DNA from: a virus
Length of the DNA: 64,000 nucleotides
Direction: 5' to 3' (one strand)
IMG/VR virus record: IMGVR_UViG_3300037245_003267
Span: 5,731-69,730 of that record
The notes beneath the pieces are model-generated. The model was not told the DNA's origin. It saw only the letters and a program-made list of their open reading frames with translations, and did no database searches. The position numbers and the translations under genes are program-made. Below, piece by piece: positions 26,973 through 35,892 of the stretch; position 1 is the stretch's first letter, and each line of letters begins with the position of its first letter.

Positions 26973-27377
26973 GTGGACTACCTTCGGAGGGCCTCCTACC
27001 GGCCGGGGAGGCTGCGGACGGCCCGGGAGCGCCTGGGGCGCCCGAGCATCGACTGGCCGGGCCGGAAGGTCGCCAGGGAGTGCCTGGAGCCCGGGATGAC
27101 GATGGCCGAGTATCTCCAGACCATGGAGGCGCTCCGGGTGCTGCTCGGCGGCTTCCAGAAGATCCTCCGTGGGCACAAGACCATTCTCGGCAAGCTCGGT
27201 CACCGGATGGCCGACGTGATCGACCACACCGCCGACCGGGTCGAGCGGGCGCCCTGGATGGCCTTCGACTACAAGCTGCCGCCGGAAGACGTCCCGACAG
27301 CGCGCGAGTGCGCGCAGCGGATCCGGCTGAACGCGGACAAGATGATGCTGCCGGACGGCGTTCCGGAGGAGGTATGA
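26973..27377 (+). CDS. Hypothetical protein
   Basis: GC3-rich frame. Confidence 0.7.
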   Translation: MDYLRRASYRPGRLRTARERLGRPSIDWPGRKVARECLEPGMTMAEYLQTMEALRVLLGGFQKILRGHKTILGKLGHRMADVIDHTADRVERAPWMAFDYKLPPEDVPTARECAQRIRLNADKMMLPDGVPEEV

Positions 27378-27381
27378 AGCG

Positions 27382-28131
27382 ATGACGGATCCGAAAGTGA
27401 TGCGCGTCCTCGTCAGGATGGCGAAGCTCTGCACCATGCTCGTGGCCCACGCCCATCACACGGCCAGCGGGGCCGAGGGGCATCTGCAGGGCGAACAGAT
27501 GGCCGAGGTCGCCGAGGCAATTGATGACCTGGCGCGACCTGACTTTCTTCCCCCGCACGGGATCGTGCCGGTGCCGCCGGCGAGCGAGGCCGAGAAGCAG
27601 GCCGACGCACATGTGAGCGAGACCGAGGCGCGCATCGCGGAGTCGCTGCGGATCCCGCCAGGCGTCTGCGAAACGTGCGGGGCGAGAAAGCCCTCGGCGG
27701 GCACCCTCGCCGACCTGGTGGCCCCGACAACGTTCATCGCAAATCAGGTCTTCCCGCCGAGACCAGTGGGCGCCACGCCGTGGGCGTATCTCCCCGGCGA
27801 CGTCCGCCTCTACACGATCGCCGCGGAGGCCATCCGGAAGGCGACCACGAACCACTTCGTGGAATGGGCGCTGCAGCCGCACCCGCGGAATCCGTCCACC
27901 CCGCCTGTGGACACGATCACGATCGACGGGAACAAGGCCGGCCGCCTCATCCGCGAAGCGCTCGAGAATCACAAGCCCAGCGACCAGACTGATTGGAAGA
28001 CCCTCTATCACGACGCCGACAAGGACAAGGACCGCTACCGCGAGACGCTCGCCAAGGCCGAGTCCGAAGGGTTGATCCCGCCGAACTATCATCAGGAATA
28101 CCATGGGTGGAAAAAGGGAGAACCGACGTGA
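27382..28131 (+). CDS. Mosaic protein with capsid-like and other virion-like short segments
   Basis: GGAGG RBS; FIANQVFPPRPV resembles MCP FVADAAFPNVPV. Confidence 0.75.
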   Translation: MTDPKVMRVLVRMAKLCTMLVAHAHHTASGAEGHLQGEQMAEVAEAIDDLARPDFLPPHGIVPVPPASEAEKQADAHVSETEARIAESLRIPPGVCETCGARKPSAGTLADLVAPTTFIANQVFPPRPVGATPWAYLPGDVRLYTIAAEAIRKATTNHFVEWALQPHPRNPSTPPVDTITIDGNKAGRLIREALENHKPSDQTDWKTLYHDADKDKDRYRETLAKAESEGLIPPNYHQEYHGWKKGEPT

Positions 28132-29207
28132 ACTATCAGGTCTTCTGCGGGGGGAACGTGGGGAAGAACAGCCTGTGCGACAGGTGCGGCGAGAAGATCC
28201 ACCCGGCCGATCAGCGGTGCAGCCGGATGATCGACATGGAGATCGCCGTGGACGCCGCGAACCCCGCCCCCGCGGGTCATCTCAACGAGGGATGGTGCCA
28301 GGCGTGGCTCAAGCGGTACGGATACCACACCCCGAACGAGGGCGGGAAGCGGCTCCACCGGGACCTCCTCGCCGCGCTGCCCGCCCGCAAGCAGCATTGC
28401 CCGAAGTGCAAAAGCGAAGAATGGTTTCCGGGGGCCGCGTGCTGGCACTGCGGATGGGAAGCCCCCACCCCGCCCTCGCCGACGAGCAGGGAGGCGGTGG
28501 TCGAGGCGCTGGATAGGAACGTCGGCACCCTGCTGCATGACATCGTGACGAGGATCCCACGCGCGGCGCTCGATCACAACTTCGTCGGGTGGCTCGAAGA
28601 GTCAAAGCGCGCCGTAGACCACGGGCTGCACTACGCGGCGAACGCCATCCTCGCCGCGCCGCCCGCCCGCGAGCCGGTGGTCGCGGCGCTGAGAGCAATG
28701 CGATTCGCCTACGGACAGCTGGAACCCGTCGAGGGCGATATGCACCGCCTGACTGACGGCATGGCTGTGATGATCGAACGCGACCTTGGGCCCGCCCTCT
28801 GGCCGGTGGGGCAGAGGGTGCCCGCAACAGAAGACGAGATGGCGCGCGTCGAGGCGTTCAATGCTGGGACGGGCCCTGCGCCCGAGACGAGGGGGGCGGC
28901 CGCAACACTCCTGGACGCCGCGATCGAAGTCTGCAAGATCTCAACCAGCGGCGACGAGAACGATCACTTCGCGGAGAGCTTCGAAGCGCCGTTCGAGCGG
29001 CTTCGGGCCGCTGCGGAGCAGGCGCGCAAGGAGACGGCCGCCGGCCAGACGCCGGCGTGGATCCCGTGCCCATGCTGCGAAGACTTCTGGTGCACCCTCC
29101 ACAACATGCACGCCTACGAGTGCAAGTGCCCGCCGGTGGAGGAATGGAAAGGCAGCCCTTACAAGAGCGGTGGCTCCGCAGATCGAAAAGAGGCGGCAGG
29201 CACATGA
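28128..29207 (+). CDS. Mosaic protein with several Zn-finger modules
   Basis: CDRC, CPKC...CWHC, CPCC...C..H..H...CKC. Confidence 0.75.
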   Translation: MNYQVFCGGNVGKNSLCDRCGEKIHPADQRCSRMIDMEIAVDAANPAPAGHLNEGWCQAWLKRYGYHTPNEGGKRLHRDLLAALPARKQHCPKCKSEEWFPGAACWHCGWEAPTPPSPTSREAVVEALDRNVGTLLHDIVTRIPRAALDHNFVGWLEESKRAVDHGLHYAANAILAAPPAREPVVAALRAMRFAYGQLEPVEGDMHRLTDGMAVMIERDLGPALWPVGQRVPATEDEMARVEAFNAGTGPAPETRGAAATLLDAAIEVCKISTSGDENDHFAESFEAPFERLRAAAEQARKETAAGQTPAWIPCPCCEDFWCTLHNMHAYECKCPPVEEWKGSPYKSGGSADRKEAAGT

Positions 29208-29638
29208 CCATCTTCGGCTTCGGGCCCGATTCGCCCTGGTTCTACATCTTGTGCGCGGTGGCAACCGGCGGCGCCGGCATCGCCGCATCAGTCGTGATCG
29301 GCGTGGCCCGGGTCCTGACCATGGACCACCGCAACGCGAAGAAGGCCCCGCCCCCATCCGGGCGCGGCGTGGGGCCGTGCCGGCACGAACTCAAGGAGCG
29401 CGACTGCCAGTATCGGATCACCTACCCATTCGGGACTGACGGCCCCGAGGCGATCGTGCCGAGCAGCCTCATGTTCGCGCAAGAGAACGACCTTGGCGAC
29501 CCGGATGTTGACGAGGACAAGTGCTCTGAGGGCGGCCCGGGATGGACGCCGATGGACATGAAGAAGTTCCGCGAGGCCGAGCTCAAGCTGCATCAGGAGC
29601 AGCTGCCAGATGCCTGGCCGCCGGAGGACGAAGCATGA
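29204..29638 (+). CDS. Membrane-anchored hypothetical protein
   Basis: N-terminal hydrophobic helix. Confidence 0.65.
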   Translation: MTIFGFGPDSPWFYILCAVATGGAGIAASVVIGVARVLTMDHRNAKKAPPPSGRGVGPCRHELKERDCQYRITYPFGTDGPEAIVPSSLMFAQENDLGDPDVDEDKCSEGGPGWTPMDMKKFREAELKLHQEQLPDAWPPEDEA

Positions 29639-29949
29639 GAGAGGGATCGCTTTTCCCCGACGACCCGAGTAACCCACTCGTTGCGGCGTTCGAGAAGTTC
29701 CACGCAGAGAACCCGAAGGTCTACGAGCTCTTCAGCAAGTTCGCCCTACAGGCGATCGCAGCCGGCCGCACACGATTCGGGGCGCGCATGATCTGGAATC
29801 GGATCCGCTGGTATACCGCCGTCGAAACGTCCGACCCTGACTTCAAACTGAACGACCACCACAGCCCCTACTACGCTCGGATGTTCATGCGCGACCACCC
29901 TCGATACGAGGGGTTCTTCGAGACGCGCCGCACACAGGATGAGTCATGA
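29635..29949 (+). CDS. Conserved phage hypothetical protein
   Basis: FHAENPKVY...IRW...FKLNDHHSPYYARMF. Confidence 0.8.
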   Translation: MREGSLFPDDPSNPLVAAFEKFHAENPKVYELFSKFALQAIAAGRTRFGARMIWNRIRWYTAVETSDPDFKLNDHHSPYYARMFMRDHPRYEGFFETRRTQDES

Positions 29950-30191
29950 GCTGGGACGACGAGACCCACGACGTGCTCGCGGACATCCGCGCGGCGCGCA
30001 AGCTGATAGAAAACGACCTGACCTGCACTGCGGGCGAGCCGCTCCACCTGTCGCGGCAAGCCGGCGCCCTGGTGTTGGGGCTTGAACAGCCCAAGGACGA
30101 GGACGAGGAGCGGCTCAAGAGGGACTACCGAGGGTTCATCGAGGCGTGGTTCGGCCCGCAGCGGTGGTTCGACGACGAGGTGACAGAATGA
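29946..30191 (+). CDS. Small protein with capsid-like N-terminal segment
   Basis: WDDxxxDVLADIxAA; ATGA overlap. Confidence 0.7.
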   Translation: MSWDDETHDVLADIRAARKLIENDLTCTAGEPLHLSRQAGALVLGLEQPKDEDEERLKRDYRGFIEAWFGPQRWFDDEVTE

Positions 30192-30382
30192 CGTGGCACA
30201 TCGTGGAATCAGCGGTCGGCTCAGCGATCGGCATCACCGTCGCAATGTGGGCATGGGAGAAGTTCTTCGCAAAGCCGCCGATCAGTCGCCTCGAGATCAC
30301 GCTCAAGCCGCCGGAAGTCGAAGGCGATGAATGGAAGCGCGGGCAGGCGCCCGACGAATGGAAGCCGGAGAAGGAAGCATGA
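30188..30382 (+). CDS. Small membrane protein
   Basis: GAGG RBS, hydrophobic N-terminus. Confidence 0.65.
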   Translation: MTWHIVESAVGSAIGITVAMWAWEKFFAKPPISRLEITLKPPEVEGDEWKRGQAPDEWKPEKEA

Positions 30383-30639
30383 TTGACCGAGTACGACGCC
30401 CGATCCCCTTCGAGCGCATCTTCCGAGACATGATCGAAGATCCGCACGGCCTGATTGCCGACCTTGGCCGCCACTACGCAGAGGCAAGGGACGCGATCGT
30501 GCGGGCGCGAGACGGCATCCTGCAGCGGCATCGGGACTGGGGCATCAGCCACCGCATCGTGTCTGTGACAAGTTGCCCAACGGTCGAGGATGGGCGGTGG
30601 GTCATCGGGTGGCAGGAGCCGGAGGCCGACTACAGGTAG
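30379..30639 (+). CDS. Hypothetical protein
   Basis: ATGA overlap. Confidence 0.65.
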   Translation: MIDRVRRPIPFERIFRDMIEDPHGLIADLGRHYAEARDAIVRARDGILQRHRDWGISHRIVSVTSCPTVEDGRWVIGWQEPEADYR

Positions 30640-30649
30640 GGAGCGAGGC

Positions 30650-30904
30650 ATGATTCAGAAGATCGAGACGCCGAGAGAGAGGGACGCCATGCTCAGGAAG
30701 GCTGCGATCGAGCGTGCCCTCCGTGCGATGCAAAAACAGCAGCACCGCTGCAGCTGGGTAATCGAGTGTCAGCTGGCTGCCATCAGCGACCGCAACATCC
30801 ACCAAAGCGTCGCGCACGTGTGGAAGGTGCGTCGAAGGATCCCGACCGCTCGCGACGGGAGGATCCTCCACGTCTGGGTGGAGCCGGCCTCGGCGTTCGC
30901 CTGA
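30650..30904 (+). CDS. Hypothetical protein
   Basis: GGGAG RBS; last gene of the rightward operon. Confidence 0.6.
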   Translation: MIQKIETPRERDAMLRKAAIERALRAMQKQQHRCSWVIECQLAAISDRNIHQSVAHVWKVRRRIPTARDGRILHVWVEPASAFA

Positions 30905-30913
30905 ATCAAAATC

Positions 30914-31207
30914 CTATTGCGGCACGGGGCGGGCCTGCTCGTCCACCGTCTCGGGCGTATCGACATCGACCTGGCCCACGATCACCTCCAGCCTCCGCTT
31001 CTCGCGGAACGTATTCCACGCCGCAGCCCATTCGACATCCTTGTCACCGTCGAGCGGGCACGCCTCCCTCTCTTCCTCGGTGGCACTGATGAACGGCGTG
31101 GCGTCGTCCAGAATGTGGTGAGCGAGCTGACGGATGGCCTCTTCCTGAGTCGGGTAACCTTCGACGCGAAACCACCCCGTGAACCGCAGAACGCGCATGC
31201 AAGGCAT
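30914..31207 (-). CDS. Hypothetical protein
   Basis: GGAGAG RBS. Confidence 0.65.
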   Translation of the reverse strand: MPCMRVLRFTGWFRVEGYPTQEEAIRQLAHHILDDATPFISATEEEREACPLDGDKDVEWAAAWNTFREKRRLEVIVGQVDVDTPETVDEQARPVPQ

Positions 31208-31223
31208 GGTGATCTCTCTCCAT

Positions 31224-31258
31224 AAAAAAGGGGCTCCCGGAAGGCATTCGGGAGCCCC
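31224..31258 (-). terminator. Intrinsic terminator
   Basis: GGGGCTCCCG/CGGGAGCCCC stem plus T6. Confidence 0.85.
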
Positions 31259-31318
31259 GAGGCGAGGGTCGGCTGGTTTACTGGCCGACCTTTTTCTGTG
31301 CGACTTGAAGGCCGAGGC

Positions 31319-31705
31319 TCAAGGCGACCCCCCTTCACCCGGCGGGATCGCCGACTCCGGGAAGATCTTCTCAACGAGCACGTCGGCCAGGAGCGGAAGG
31401 AAGTAGCTCGCGGCGTCCAGCAGAGCGGCGCCGATGACTTCCAGCACCACCTTGCCCCCGCCCTCGAGCTCGAGCTTCATCTCCTGGGCCTCGCTCGCGG
31501 CCTGGCTGACGATCGAGTCGACACCCAGCTTGTTCCCGTCCGCGGCGAAGACCGCCATCTTCTCGATGAGAACCGCCATGGTCTCCGCCCGCTCCGCGGA
31601 CGAGGCCCCGGCGGCGAACAGGATGTTCTGGAAGTGCGCCATCATCTGGCGCCCGTAGGCTTTCAGAGCGGTGACCGCTGCCTCTTCAAACGTCGGTGGG
31701 CTCAC
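31319..31705 (-). CDS. Helical hydrophobic protein in the lysis-position cluster
   Basis: GTGA overlap with the lipoprotein gene. Confidence 0.7.
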   Translation of the reverse strand: MSPPTFEEAAVTALKAYGRQMMAHFQNILFAAGASSAERAETMAVLIEKMAVFAADGNKLGVDSIVSQAASEAQEMKLELEGGGKVVLEVIGAALLDAASYFLPLLADVLVEKIFPESAIPPGEGGSP

Positions 31706-32052
31706 TTGTCACCGCCCTTGCGAATGGTCTCCATGCACCGCTTCGCCGCTGTCCTGAGCTCGTCCAGGGCGTAGGGCTTGCCGGGCTTCTTGGGAAGCGC
31801 GAACAGCGCCCTGACCTTGGCGATCGAAGCGTCGAACCCCACGCGGTCTTCGGGCAGGAGCGTGTTCGCGTGAAACACGGCCGCCATGATCGTCTCCTCG
31901 ACGCTCGGGACCGCGTTCGCGGCGTCGGTCGAGAAGTTGGCCAGCGGCTTGACCTGGAGCTCCATCAGGGTCGGGTCCAGCCCGGTCGCGCATCCCGGCA
32001 ACACGAGGGCCAGGAAGAGGGCCGCGACAAGGGCACAGGGGATTCGGTTCAT
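31702..32052 (-). CDS. Lipoprotein (possible spanin-like function)
   Basis: GGAGG RBS; lipobox LPGC. Confidence 0.75.
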   Translation of the reverse strand: MNRIPCALVAALFLALVLPGCATGLDPTLMELQVKPLANFSTDAANAVPSVEETIMAAVFHANTLLPEDRVGFDASIAKVRALFALPKKPGKPYALDELRTAAKRCMETIRKGGDK

Positions 32053-32142
32053 GGCGCACCTCCGTTCCAAATGGGTGATGGGAGTTCCGAGGGCCGTAGT
32101 CTGTAGCGGATCCGGAGACTGGTCAAGAAGCCTGGCGGGGAG

Positions 32143-32282
32143 AAAAATGGCCGGGTCCCGCGAAAGACCCGGCCCGAAACGGAAGGGAACTGACGGCACC
32201 ATTGAAAAAGCCGCGGGGCCTGCGCGCAAGGGGTCCCCACGAAAAAAGGACCAGCCAGGCCCTCGGGAAGCCCAGCTGGTCC
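32143..32282 (-). terminator. Three tandem intrinsic terminators
   Basis: Hairpin plus T-tract at 32242-32282, 32205-32241 and 32143-32174. Confidence 0.75.
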
Positions 32283-32322
32283 AGGAGGCGCACGCCGGAG
32301 GCCGGAGCCCCCGACGATACGA

Positions 32323-32559
32323 TCAGGTGCCGTCGTCCGCCGTTGTTTCGCGCGTGGCGACCGACCGGACGTTGTCGGTCACCGGGATCCACCAGGTGCT
32401 CATCGGGCCCAGCTTGCCGTCCGCGTCCCGCTTGCGCCCCTTGAAGGTGAGATGCGCGCCATCGTTATTGAACTCCGAGACCTCGCGGAACTCGTCAACG
32501 GTTCCGTGCTTGTATGTGACGTCGACCTCGGTCGCCGCCGTCGTGTTGATTTCAGACAA
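32323..32559 (-). CDS. Small beta-rich hypothetical protein (TTG start inferred)
   Basis: GC3-rich frame begins here. Confidence 0.6.
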   Translation of the reverse strand: MSEINTTAATEVDVTYKHGTVDEFREVSEFNNDGAHLTFKGRKRDADGKLGPMSTWWIPVTDNVRSVATRETTADDGT

Positions 32560-32668
32560 GAAATTCGAACCCCCCGTGCATTGACGCCATGAACGCCGAT
32601 GCGGAGACAACTCCGAAGAGTGCCGCCGAGATCAGGTCCCGTCGAATCCTTCGCCACAGAATCGTCAT
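32552..32668 (-). CDS. 38-aa TM peptide MTILWRRIRRDLISAALFGVVSASAFMASMHGGFEFLV
   Basis: ATGA overlap with the holin-like gene. Confidence 0.5.
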   Translation of the reverse strand: MTILWRRIRRDLISAALFGVVSASAFMASMHGGFEFLV

Positions 32669-33021
32669 GTCGATGTCCCTCCCTTGCGGACCGCGCTGAG
32701 CGTCTTGGCCGCAGTTTCTTCGATTCGTTTGGTTCGCTCAGCAATCGTTTCGACGTGAGCCTCGAGCCGATCGGCACGTTGGACAAATGCCTTCAACTCT
32801 CCTGCATCGGTCGCGATCGATGCCAGGCTCTTTTTGATCTCGGGAACGGCGTCGCTCACCATGTGGGACTGCGCCGTTGTAGCCTTGAACCAGGTGATCA
32901 CGTGAGGCACCAGCTTCCAGGCCACGAGCCCGAAGAAGACGAGAATCGAGACCGGAACGCCCACATTGTTCACTACCTGGATCCATGTCTTCGGTGAGGT
33001 CTGCGCCAGCTGGATCAGCAT
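32665..33021 (-). CDS. Holin-like or inner-spanin-like membrane protein
   Basis: One TM plus coiled coil, after the tail genes; AAGGAG RBS. Confidence 0.6.
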   Translation of the reverse strand: MLIQLAQTSPKTWIQVVNNVGVPVSILVFFGLVAWKLVPHVITWFKATTAQSHMVSDAVPEIKKSLASIATDAGELKAFVQRADRLEAHVETIAERTKRIEETAAKTLSAVRKGGTST

Positions 33022-33033
33022 CGTTTGCTCCTT

Positions 33034-35892
33034 TTACCCGTAGAGGACGGCGTAGCCATCCTGGCCGGCGCCCGGCGCGGTCATTGCGATGAACCGGCGG
33101 AACGATGAGGTCGGGTCGTCGTGGCGGATTTCGATCGTGTCGTTGATGCTAACTGAAGGGATCGTGCCGTTCGGATCGCCGGGGTTGATCACCGTCAGCC
33201 AAGACCCTCCGTTGATTCTGTACTCGACAAGAGCAGAACCTCCTGGAAGGGCGGTCACAAGGTCGAGGTCGTAGTCGCCAGCAGCCGTCGCCGTGTAGAC
33301 GTTCGAGATGGCGGCCGAGACCAGGGCCCCAAAGTTGAAGTCCCCGGTGAGCGCCGTCGTGACTGCAGGGTCGTATACAAGCTCCTGCAGGGCTTCCAAG
33401 CTGTCTCCCGCATCGTCATGGCGGGCAAGGGCTTTGAAGCGGAGCTCGCTCGGGATGACCCCGCTCTTGGCGATCAGGATGTCATTCCGAAGGACCGACC
33501 GGGTCGGCTGCACGTCGGTCTCGTCCTGCACCTGGTCGTCGGACCCGGCTGGATCTGCCCGAACCTCGACGTCGTAGGTCGTGTCGTTGACGGCGGGGAA
33601 GTCCGGGAAGAGCGTCGCGGCGTCCGTCGTGAGCGCTTCGATCTCCTGCTCGGTCCGGTAGTCGCGGCGCGTGAAGTCGATGAGGACCCCGTAATCGTCC
33701 GCGTCTCCGCCGATGCCCTCGAGCGAGACCGAGGCCGGGTAGGCCACCGTGTTGAGGATGAACCTGCTCGGCGGGTAGGGCCGCCGGAGCCGCTGCTGAA
33801 GCGTGAGCGCGATCTGCGTCGCGCCGAGCTCCGAGAGAGTGTCGGTGCGGGACTTCGGCAGCAGCTTCACGTGGACGTTGTTGCCATCGGGGAAGATCGC
33901 ATCGGTGAGGTTGCCGCCGACGAACACCAGGTAGACCGGCGTGGCTGCGGCGTGGTCGGCCTGCGCTGTGTCCATCACCCCCCGGTAGACGTCGTTCAGC
34001 TGCACGTTGGCGCCCACGTCCTCGGCGCTTGTGGCAAGCATGAACTCGTCTCCGACGAGGATCAGGTTGTTGAGGTCGAAGCCGAGATTCTCGGCCGTGT
34101 AGGCGATGGCGCCAGGGCTGAACGCCGCCACCAAGGCCGCCTGGGCGTCCGGGTCCGGATCCAGGATCAACGTCGACAACGGGATCGCTGAGCCGGCGTC
34201 GAGCGACGAGAGGAGCTCACCAATCAGCATGAAGCCCCAGGCCTCGCCGGCGGGGTAGAACACCCCGGACGGCGTCCCGGAGGAGTGCCGCTCCATGATG
34301 TCGAACCCGACCGCCCGGTCTTGCTGCCGGCCGCCGCACCAGACGCGCGCTGTGAGCCCGTCGCCGCTCACCGCCAGGACCTTGCGCGGGGCCTCGAACG
34401 CCAGCTGCTCGTCCGAGGGGAATGCGCCCAGCGAATCCGAGGGCGGCTCCCAGGCCGTGGGGTCAGGGACGCCTCCGGAGGCCACGACGAAGCGGAACAC
34501 ATCCTCGGCGCACTCGAGGGTGATCGCGCCCTCCGTCAGCGAGCCGTAGTCCACCCGCATGACCCGCATCGCCATCTTGGTGATGCTCTTCTGCTCGTCG
34601 GTCCAAGCGATCACGTCGCCGCGGTTCACGGCGTAGAACTCCCGGTTGACCTTCAGGCGCACCCGGGCGCGCGGGTAGCTCAGCGTTCGAAGGTCACGCC
34701 AGGCGATGTTGTTGCCGAGGGCCGCGTCCTTGATCCCGGGATACTCGATCCGGATCGGGACCACCCGGCCCTGGATCTGCATGTTGGCCGGGTCCTGGGC
34801 CAGCGCCGGCTTCGGCTTAAAGTCGTTCGCCCGGTCGGTGTAGATGATCCGGACCTCGTTCGACGTGTCTTCCCAGGTGGAGCGCGTGTAATCCTCGACC
34901 TCCAGCACGTCAGCATCGGTCACCTGCGGGATCAGGTCCACGTCGTAGTCGGCCCGGGCGAGCTTGATCTCCCACTTGCCCGTCTGGCGGTTCACGCGAA
35001 TGAACCCATCCATCTGGCGCTCGAGCTCTTCGAGGAGTGCCTCGCCATCGATCTCAGTCTCGATCTGCATCGAGAAGCCGTTGTTTTCGCTCGCCAGGAC
35101 GGCGCCCACCGAGACCATCCCGGCCATGTCGATCAGCGCATCCGGGTAACCGAAGCCCCACTCCGTGTTCGTCAGGACCTCATAGGCGACGTTTGCTATG
35201 TTCGCGTCCGCGCCGTTGATGACGTCGTTGCCGCTGCCCAGCCCGAGGCCGTTGGGGATCCGGCGGGCCTTGATCTTCCATGGGGCGATCGTCGTGGACG
35301 TGCCGAGGTAGATCTGCCGCGTCACAATGTGTGCCGTCCCGCCGGCCCGCGGGGCCGCCGGCGTGGTGGCGGCCGCGATCGTCTGGAAGTCCGCCAGGTA
35401 GGCCGAAGGGGCCTGCGTCGGGGTCCCGACGTGGACCTCGAGCGTGCCTTCGATGCCGCCGTGCCCCATGCTCGTCCCACCAAAGAACTTCGGCTCGTCG
35501 ATGAGGATCGTGCCGGCGCCCTGCGTGCCGGCCCAAAGCTCCTTCTCGCCGACCTGGATCTGCTCGATCTGGTCGATCTCTCCGCGGCACAGCATCAACT
35601 GCATGCCTGCGAAGTATTTGTAACCCGTGATGTAGCTCGTCTTCGAGAACATCCCCGTCTTGACCGTCTTCTTGATGGCCTTCTGCAAGAAGTCGCCCCA
35701 CCAGAGGACGTTCGGCCCGGCGAGCATCACCGTGCCCCAGATGATCGGGACCGGGCGGTCCTCGTCGGCCGTGGGGAAGTTGAAGTCCCCCTTCCCCTTC
35801 GGGCGCGCATCTTCGAACTTCGGCTTCGATCGAAGGAACTCTGAAGCCAGGAAGATCGCTGCGAGGATCGCGGCCGTCAGGATGAGGCTCAT
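33034..35892 (-). CDS. Tail tip/central fibre (gpJ-like host-specificity protein)
   Basis: FPTADEDRPVPIIWGTV, NEVRIIYTDR, GDVI; position. Confidence 0.88.
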   Translation of the reverse strand: MSLILTAAILAAIFLASEFLRSKPKFEDARPKGKGDFNFPTADEDRPVPIIWGTVMLAGPNVLWWGDFLQKAIKKTVKTGMFSKTSYITGYKYFAGMQLMLCRGEIDQIEQIQVGEKELWAGTQGAGTILIDEPKFFGGTSMGHGGIEGTLEVHVGTPTQAPSAYLADFQTIAAATTPAAPRAGGTAHIVTRQIYLGTSTTIAPWKIKARRIPNGLGLGSGNDVINGADANIANVAYEVLTNTEWGFGYPDALIDMAGMVSVGAVLASENNGFSMQIETEIDGEALLEELERQMDGFIRVNRQTGKWEIKLARADYDVDLIPQVTDADVLEVEDYTRSTWEDTSNEVRIIYTDRANDFKPKPALAQDPANMQIQGRVVPIRIEYPGIKDAALGNNIAWRDLRTLSYPRARVRLKVNREFYAVNRGDVIAWTDEQKSITKMAMRVMRVDYGSLTEGAITLECAEDVFRFVVASGGVPDPTAWEPPSDSLGAFPSDEQLAFEAPRKVLAVSGDGLTARVWCGGRQQDRAVGFDIMERHSSGTPSGVFYPAGEAWGFMLIGELLSSLDAGSAIPLSTLILDPDPDAQAALVAAFSPGAIAYTAENLGFDLNNLILVGDEFMLATSAEDVGANVQLNDVYRGVMDTAQADHAAATPVYLVFVGGNLTDAIFPDGNNVHVKLLPKSRTDTLSELGATQIALTLQQRLRRPYPPSRFILNTVAYPASVSLEGIGGDADDYGVLIDFTRRDYRTEQEIEALTTDAATLFPDFPAVNDTTYDVEVRADPAGSDDQVQDETDVQPTRSVLRNDILIAKSGVIPSELRFKALARHDDAGDSLEALQELVYDPAVTTALTGDFNFGALVSAAISNVYTATAAGDYDLDLVTALPGGSALVEYRINGGSWLTVINPGDPNGTIPSVSINDTIEIRHDDPTSSFRRFIAMTAPGAGQDGYAVLYG

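Noticed and set aside
29455-29520. SLMFAQENDLGDP as a terminase-fragment mimic
   Set aside because: Does not match this phage's TerL and is only a 4-residue pattern
32552-32640. tRNA suggested by GGTTCGAAT on the minus strand
   Set aside because: No cloverleaf; the region reads as a coupled TM peptide
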